From contig JAQGDQ010001410.1 in NCBI GenBank assembly GCA_030141605.1, positions 1 through 42,148 of the forward strand: a stretch of DNA of 42,148 nt, in the 5' to 3' direction. Origin of the DNA: Tubiluchus corallicola (lineage: Eukaryota > Animalia > Priapulida). A program made the translations under genes and the position numbers. Within the stretch, counting starts at the first letter, position 1. Each line of letters opens with the position of its first letter. Shown piece after piece: positions 34,900 through 42,148 of this stretch. The notes below the pieces were generated by a model. The model saw nothing but the letters and a program-made list of their open reading frames with translations, had not been told where the DNA came from and did no database searches.

Positions 34900-36661
34900 G
34901 AAAAAATTCGAAAAACACTGTGCATGTTAAAACTCTTGGTGCTTTAAAGGAAAACCGGACGATTGTTTAGACTCAATCTCATTTTAATTTACTGTCCAAA
35001 GAATACATTTTCCTGCCTATAAAAGTTAGCAATTGTTCCTTATATTTGAATAACTAGCTTATAAAGTTAATTAACGGTAACCAAACACAGCTATTGCTTA
35101 CATCAGAAACTAACCACAGTTTGTGCAATGGTAGGCATCTTCCCTTGTGCGTCAAGCATGTTTACGTGTTACTGCTTAAACGCATGATTTTACGAAAATG
35201 GGCTCTACATCATACGACGCCAGAAGCTAACACTGCAGTTCATGATCATGGTTATCACGGTACCACCTTCTATTTGTCGGCCACGCTCACATGACAAAAA
35301 CGTTGCCAATCTTAGTGGACACACTGTACCCCACGTAGCTTTGAAAGTTCAACAAAGTTTGAGTATCTAAGTTAATTATTATTTAATCTAAGCTTTGATT
35401 TAAAAAAAGGTATTGTAAGTATTTCTATATTTTAGACAATACTTTATTCTGTGAATGTTTATACAATCGTCCTGCTTTCCTTTAAGAAAAAAAATGTAAA
35501 TTAGATCTTTCACATTGTTAATTATTATGATTAGATTAGATTGGATTAGATTAAATTTTATTCATCTCATTTAAATTTACACATATAATAACATACGATG
35601 TTTCTTTAATATGATAAACACTAAATTGAGACGGAGTGGCGAAAGAACAAGGGTCACCTAGCCACCATCCCTATTTTTACGACATTAATATTTATTTAGT
35701 TAATCGAGTGACATTGTTAGCAGCTTGTTGCGAGACATGTTTAATAATTATATATACGATAAATTTACAATAAAAATTGCGTTAGTACCTAAAGAAATAT
35801 ATGTATTTGTTGTCAATATCTAATTTAGTTAAAGCCTTTTGCTAGTGAATGCAAAATAAGAGCTAAACTAAACATTGTAAAATAATTATAAGTTTTTAAT
35901 TTTTGACTAGTTCAGAGTTCAAGTATAAAAAACTTTTATAGAAGAGTAAGAGAAACAAGAGAGTAATGCAACAGAGAGTTTAGCTTGGGTAACTTCAAAT
36001 AAGAAATATGGTTCTCGATTAGACCTCCTCCTTATAAAAATGTTAATAATTCAACAACTGAAGTACGTGCACGTATCGTAATGCTAGAATAAGCAGAAGT
36101 TTTAAAAATACTAGTGAACTACTGCAAACCTGTTAGGATCTAACCGACAGCCATTAACCTGCACAGATATGACGAGGGATTGTCTTAACAGATGAAAGAA
36201 CACAAAGGGTCAAAAGAAGCCTACTTTTCCAAGTTTGCAGTTAATCTAAAAACAGGAGGAAACAGTTCTACGATTCTCTTATACTTGTAATTCTACCTTG
36301 GCCATTTATAAAAGTGGAAATTTTGTGCAAGTGAGTTATTTGCAAAGAAAGTATGAAAGTTTGTTGTTCACATTTCACATTTTACTTGTTAGATGATGCC
36401 TGAAAGAGTAAACTCTCGTAATTACCACAAAACCTGGATGCTGATTGTATTGTTCATAGTCTTTTGCGTTCTTGTGTTTAGACAATTTCGGGCCATTTCA
36501 ACCTAGGCAACAGCTGCAGAAACATAAGCCAAGGTGGATAAATATAGAATGTTTGATAATGATAAGCAAATAGGTAGGTGATTCACTAGATGTAAACAGT
36601 TGTCGCTTATCAGTAAACGTGATACAGTTTTGCATCAGAGGTCTGGCAAGGCACTTTCAGA

Positions 36662-38035
36662 ATGTTTTTCGTGCATCTCAAGCTTTGCGTTTTCATGGCT
36701 TTGACTTTAGTAGCTCTGTGTGTAACAAATGACATGTGTGCAAAGATCAGAACTGTCAATGGAAATTACTCCTGGCAAGGAAGTGTTACGAAGAGTGAAA
36801 TAATAAGCTACCACAATATTTTCAAACCAAATTGCTGTTCGTTAGAAGGAAAACAGCTTCAAATAGGCATGGCAATGGACAAATCACGTCCGTTTCTAGA
36901 GAAATTGCTTCTGATGCTCAGTAAAAGTCTAAATTTCACATATTCTATCAAAGAAGTTACAGATTTACAGGGCTGGGATGAAGTACTCAATGGTAGAGAA
37001 GTTGATGTGTGTTTAGGCTTGTTCACCATGCTTCCAGAAAGAGCAAAATACATGACATTTCTTCACCCAATTATCTATTTACGCCGTATCTTTATAATAA
37101 AGAGTCCCGACTTTCAAGGATTTAGTTTGTTGGACCCTTTTCCCAGAAATGTATGGTTGCTTGTGCTAACATATGTCATATTGAGTGGGATATTTTTAAC
37201 TTGTGTCTGTTGGCAGAAAACAGAAACACGAAGAGAGAATGATGGCATCGAGACAAGTAATGAGAAAAGAGCTGATTATTTCATTTTGTACACATTGTCC
37301 TCACTTCTTCAACAAGGTGGAAACTACATACCCTGCCGTTTATCTGCAAGAGTGTTCATCGGATGGTGGTGGATTTTTGCGCTTGTAATGACGGCACTGT
37401 ACACTGGCACTTTAGTTAGCAATTTGTTTGTAAGCAAATGGCAGCATCCGTTTACTTCATTGCAAGAGCTAATTGATGGAGACATAACGCCTGTAACAAT
37501 AGGCAACTTCTCCACGACAATATTACTAAAGAATAGCCCTGCTGATACAGAGTACGGGAAACTGTGGAAGAAAATGGAAGCTGATGGAACAGTACCTGTC
37601 AGTACAAATGTCGAAGGACTAGAAAAAACTGTTTCGGGCAAATATACTATGCTGGAAACAGATTTTTGGGCAAAATTTCCAATCATTGAAGATTACAAGT
37701 TACACGGGACTTGCAGGTTTTCCCTTGCTCCAGTTTCTTCTATGCCCGTACCTGCATCAGCAGTCATTCCGAAAGGGGGCAAATATGCAGAACAGTTAAA
37801 CTACGGACTGGCCACTTTATTGGAGACTGGGATAGCAGAGCAGCTCTTACAGAAGCATTCAGAACAAACCCATGATTGTCTTGATCCAGTTGGTCAAATT
37901 GTGAATGCTCAACCAGTCAACATAGACCACATTAATGTAGTATTCTGGGTTTTGCTGCTTGGACTAAGCATTGGTTTAGTTGTATTTGTAGGTGAATGTC
38001 TCTACATAAAAGTAATGCGATTAATGAGTAGCTAA
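36662..38035 (+). CDS. IR-like copy D' (457 aa)
   Basis: Protein identical to D. Confidence 0.92.
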   Translation: MFFVHLKLCVFMALTLVALCVTNDMCAKIRTVNGNYSWQGSVTKSEIISYHNIFKPNCCSLEGKQLQIGMAMDKSRPFLEKLLLMLSKSLNFTYSIKEVTDLQGWDEVLNGREVDVCLGLFTMLPERAKYMTFLHPIIYLRRIFIIKSPDFQGFSLLDPFPRNVWLLVLTYVILSGIFLTCVCWQKTETRRENDGIETSNEKRADYFILYTLSSLLQQGGNYIPCRLSARVFIGWWWIFALVMTALYTGTLVSNLFVSKWQHPFTSLQELIDGDITPVTIGNFSTTILLKNSPADTEYGKLWKKMEADGTVPVSTNVEGLEKTVSGKYTMLETDFWAKFPIIEDYKLHGTCRFSLAPVSSMPVPASAVIPKGGKYAEQLNYGLATLLETGIAEQLLQKHSEQTHDCLDPVGQIVNAQPVNIDHINVVFWVLLLGLSIGLVVFVGECLYIKVMRLMSS

Positions 38036-39193
38036 GAAAAAATTCAAAAAACACTGTGCATGTTAAAAACTCTTGGTGCTTTAAAGGAAAACCGGTTGAT
38101 TGTTTAGATTCAATCTCATTTTAATTTACTGTCCAAAGAATACATTTTCTTGCCTATAAAAGTTAGCAATTGTTTCTTATATTTGAATAATTAGCTTACA
38201 AAGGTAATTAACGGCAACCAAACACAGCTATTGCTTATGTTAGAATCTAACCACAGTTTGTGCAATGGTAGGCATCTTTCCTTGTGCGTCAAGCATGTTT
38301 GCGTAAGTGTTACCGCTTAAACGCATGATGTCACGAAAGATGAGCTCTACATCATACGACGTCAGAAGCTAACACTGCAGTTCATGATCATGGTTATCAC
38401 GGTACCACCTTCTACTTTTCGGCCACTCTCACATGACAAAAAGGTGCTGTTGCCAATCTTAGTGGACACACTGAACCGCGCATAGCTTTGAAAGTTCAAC
38501 AAAATTTGAGTATCTGAGTTAATTATTATTTAATCTAAGTTTTGATTTAAAAAAAGGTATTGTAAGTTTTCAATATTTTAGACAATACTTTATTCTGTGA
38601 ATGTTTATACAATCGTCCTGCTTTCCTTTAAGAAACAAATGTAAATTAGATCTTTTACATTGTTAATTATTATGATTAGATATGATTGGATTAGATTAAA
38701 TTTTATTCATCTCATTTAAATTTACACATATAATAACATACGATGTTTCTTTAATATGATAAACACTAAATTGAGACGGGGTGGTGAAAGAACAAGGTCA
38801 CCTAGCCACGACCCCTATTTTTACGAGATTAATATTTATTTAGTTAATCGAGTGACATTGTTAGCAGCTTGTTGCAAGACATGTTTAATAATTATATATA
38901 TGATAAATTTACAATAAAAATTGCGCTAGTAACTAAAGAAATATATGTATTTGTTGTCAATATCTAATTTAGTTAAAGCCTTTTACTAGTGTATGCAAAA
39001 TAAGAGCTAAACTAAACATTGTGCTATTATAACATTGTAAAATAACTATAAGTTTTAATTTTTGACTAGTTCACAGTTCAAGGATAAAGTACTTTTATAG
39101 AAGAGTAAGAGAAACAAGAGAGTAATGCCACAGAGAGAATAGCTTAGGCAACTTCAAATAAGAAATATGGTTCTCTATTAGACCTCCTCCTTA

Positions 39194-39944
39194 TCTTCCA
39201 TTATATTAATATTCTTGGTATCTTAATATATATATAAGATTCGAGGCTACAGCTTCGACGACGGCACCGTTTGCGGCGATCTACACAACAAACGAAAGGT
39301 CTCGATCTAGTGTTGTCTCATTGGGGGTTTATATTTCGAATCGGGCCCACCGGGAAGAAGGGGGGATGAAAAACCTCCAAAAATGGCCATTTTTCGGCAA
39401 TTTTTTGCAAAAGTTATATGGCTGAGATGTAGAGAACGGGAATGGGCCGAGGGTGGTGCTGGGTATGGATAGATAGCCCATTCAGCGGTGGGTGTAGTAG
39501 GCATATTTAGAATTCGCAAGAGGCCCACAGCGTCCCGTAACAGGCGTTTTCCCGGACCCAACTCGCGATTTTTTCGAAATTTTGACCAAACAGCCTGTAG
39601 AAAAAATTTTCTAGCGGTGCCTGGTGGGACTCTCGGAAGGAGATATATAGCTCTTTAGAAAGAGGAAGAACAGGGCTACACGATGATGTGGGCTATATTT
39701 TAGGACACGTCCACTGAGAGGAGTAGCGAGGAGTTAATTACGTGTACTATTTTCGGCAATTTTCGCTTAGAAAACTGCTGACGCAAAGCCATTGTTGTGA
39801 CGTCATCCATTGTAGTCTGTCTATAATCTTATAACTTTAATTCTGTAAAGGCTTTGCGTTATAAATGAAGACTACATAGGATGTTCGCGTATTTTTGATT
39901 ATACGTGTACTTATGCGCAAAATTTTTTGCGAGGCTTTTGCTAG
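39194..39944 (+). mobile_element. Single non-autonomous Helitron at the site mirroring the four-copy array
   Basis: A|TC start, hairpin CGCAAAA-TT-TTTTGCG at 39916-39931, CTAG|T end. Confidence 0.9.
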
Positions 39945-40667
39945 TAAAAAAGTTAATAATTCAACAACTGAAGTACATGCACGTATCGTAATGCTAGAAT
40001 AAGCAGAAGTTTTAAAAATACTAGAGAACAACTGCAAACCTGTTAGGATCTAACCGACAGCCATTAACCTGCACAGATATGACGAGGGATTGTCTTGGCA
40101 GATGAAAGAACACAAAGAGTCAAAAGCAGCCTACTTTTCCAAGTTTGCATTTAATTTAAAAACAGGAGGAAACAGTGCTACGATTTTCTTATACTTGAAA
40201 TTCTACTTGGCCATTTATAAAAGTGGAAATTTTGCGCAAGTGAGTTATTTGCAAAGAAAGTATGAAAGTTTGTTGTTCACATTTTACATTTTACTTGTTA
40301 GATGATGCCTGATAGAGTAAACTCTCGTAATTACCACAAAACCGAGTAAACTCTCGCAATTACCACAAAACCTGGATGCTGATTGTATTGTTCATAGTCT
40401 TTGTGCGCTGTCGTGCTTACACAATTTCGGGCCATTTCAATCTAGTCAACGGCTGCATAACATAAACAAGGTGGATAAATAAAGAATGTTTGCAAAAATA
40501 AGTAAAGCAGAAAAGCACTACTATTATCGCCGAAGTCACTCAACCATTACTTGTATAGTTGATATTGATCAGTAAATAGCTAAGGGATCCACTAGATGTA
40601 AACAGTTGTCACTTATCAGTAAATGTGACACAGTTTTTCATCAGAGGTCTGGCAAGGCACTTTCAAA

Positions 40668-42026
40668 ATGTTTTTCGTGCGTCTCAAGCTTTGCGTTTTC
40701 ATGGCTTTGACTTTAGTAGCTCTGTGTGTAACAAAAGATATTTGTGCAAAGATCAGAACTGTCAATGGAAATTACTCCAGGCAAAGAAGTGTTACAAAGA
40801 ATGAAATAATAAGTTACCACAATATTTTCCAACCAAATTGCTGTTCGTTAGAAGGAAAACAGCTTCAAATAGGTATGGGAATGGACAAATCATGCCCGTT
40901 TCTAGAAAAATTGCTTCTGCTGCTCAGTAAAAGTCTAAATTTCACATACTCTATCAAAGAAGTTGGAAATTTATATGATCCTAATATGGTACTCAGCAAT
41001 GAAAACATTGACGTGCTTTTCAACTTGCACACCATGCTTCCAGAAAGAACAAAATATATGACATTTCTTCACCCAATTATCAATTTACAGCGTATATTTA
41101 TAATAAAGAGACCCGACTTTCAAGGATTTAGCTTGTTGGACCCTTTTCCCAGAAATGTATGGCTGCTTGTGCTAATATATGTCATATTGAGTGGGATATT
41201 TTTAACTTGTATCTGTTGGCAGAAAACAGAAACACGAAGAGAGAATGATGGCATCGAGACAAGTAATGAGAAAAGAGCTGATTATTTCATTTTGTACACA
41301 TTGTCCTCACTTCTTCAACAAGGTGGAAACTACATACCCTGCCGTTTACCTGCAAGGATGCTAATCGGATGGTGGTGGATTTTTGCTCTTATAATGACGG
41401 CATTGTACACTGGCACTTTAGTTAGCAAATTGTTTGTAAGCAAATGGCAGCATCCGTTTACTTCATTGCAAGAGCTAATTGATGGTGACATAATGCCTGT
41501 AACAATAGGCAACTTCTCCTCGACAATATTACTAAGGAATAGCCCCGCTAATACAGAGTATGGGAAACTGTGGAAGAAAATGGAAGCTGATGGAACAGTA
41601 CCTGTCAGTACAAATGTCGAAGGACTATAAAAAACTGTTTCGGGCAAATATACTATGCTGGAAACAGATTTTTGGGCAAAATTTCCAATCATTGAAGATT
41701 ACAAGTTACACGGGACTTGCAGATTTTCGCTTGCTCCACTTTCTTCTATGCCCGTGGCTGCATCAGCAGTCATTCCGAAAGGGGGCAAATATGCAGAACA
41801 GTTAAACTACGGACTGGCCACTTTATTGGAGACTGGAATAGCAGAGCAGCTCTTACAGGAGCATTCAGAACAAACCTATGATTGTCTTGATCCAGTTGGT
41901 CAAACTGTGAATGCTCAGCCAGTCAACTCAGAGCACCTTGAGATTGTATTCTGGGTTTTGATGCTTGGACTAAGCATTGGTTTAGTTGTATTTGTAGGTG
42001 AATGTCTCTACATAAAAGTCATGTAA
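40668..42026 (+). pseudogene. IR-like copy G with one in-frame premature stop (GAA>TAA at 41628-41630)
   Basis: ORFs 40668-41630 and 41655-42026 are in the same frame. Paralog D has GGA CTA GAA AAA at this position. Confidence 0.85.
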
Positions 42027-42148
42027 TTAATGAGCAGCTAAGAAAAAATTAAAAAACACTGTGCATGTTAAACACTCGTGGTGCTTTAAGAAAAAAAAAT
42101 GCAAATTTGACTTTATATATTGTTAACTTATGTTACAACATTATAAAA

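Larger units (their letters stand above)
32729..39193. repeat. Right arm (high-identity core) of the inverted duplication; homology continues to the window end
   Basis: Reverse complement of 18488-24950. 39945-40700 also mirrors ~14600-15350. Confidence 0.95.

Noticed and set aside
7956-41805. Recurrent 60-120 aa antisense or alternative-frame ORFs overlapping the IR genes
   Set aside because: They recur only because the host CDS is duplicated; there is no independent coding signal.

Overview
AT-rich animal (invertebrate) genomic DNA, not prokaryotic. Three exons of PIK3R4/Vps15 (WD40 region) are recognisable: two on + (833-963, 3197-3281) and the next, phase-compatible exon on the MINUS strand (25343-25437). 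The intronic space holds nine single-exon, ~450-aa variant ionotropic glutamate receptor (IR-like) genes, labelled A-G, D' and E' here: seven intact, one frameshifted chimera and one with a premature stop. The cluster forms a large inverted duplication (arms ~13.2-24.95 kb and 32.73-42.1 kb). Its 7.8-kb spacer carries the inverted PIK3R4 exon, a 47-bp minisatellite, one divergent IR and a 5S-headed SINE. Flipping the spacer restores both PIK3R4 exon order and a head-to-tail IR array, so the spacer is either a real invertible segment or a misassembly. Other content: nested LINE fragments with a ~128-bp target duplication, a four-copy Helitron array with a single-copy counterpart and empty sites, pogo/Tc2-type MITEs, and two minisatellites with higher-order structure. 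All homology calls come from motif recognition by eye; no searches were run.
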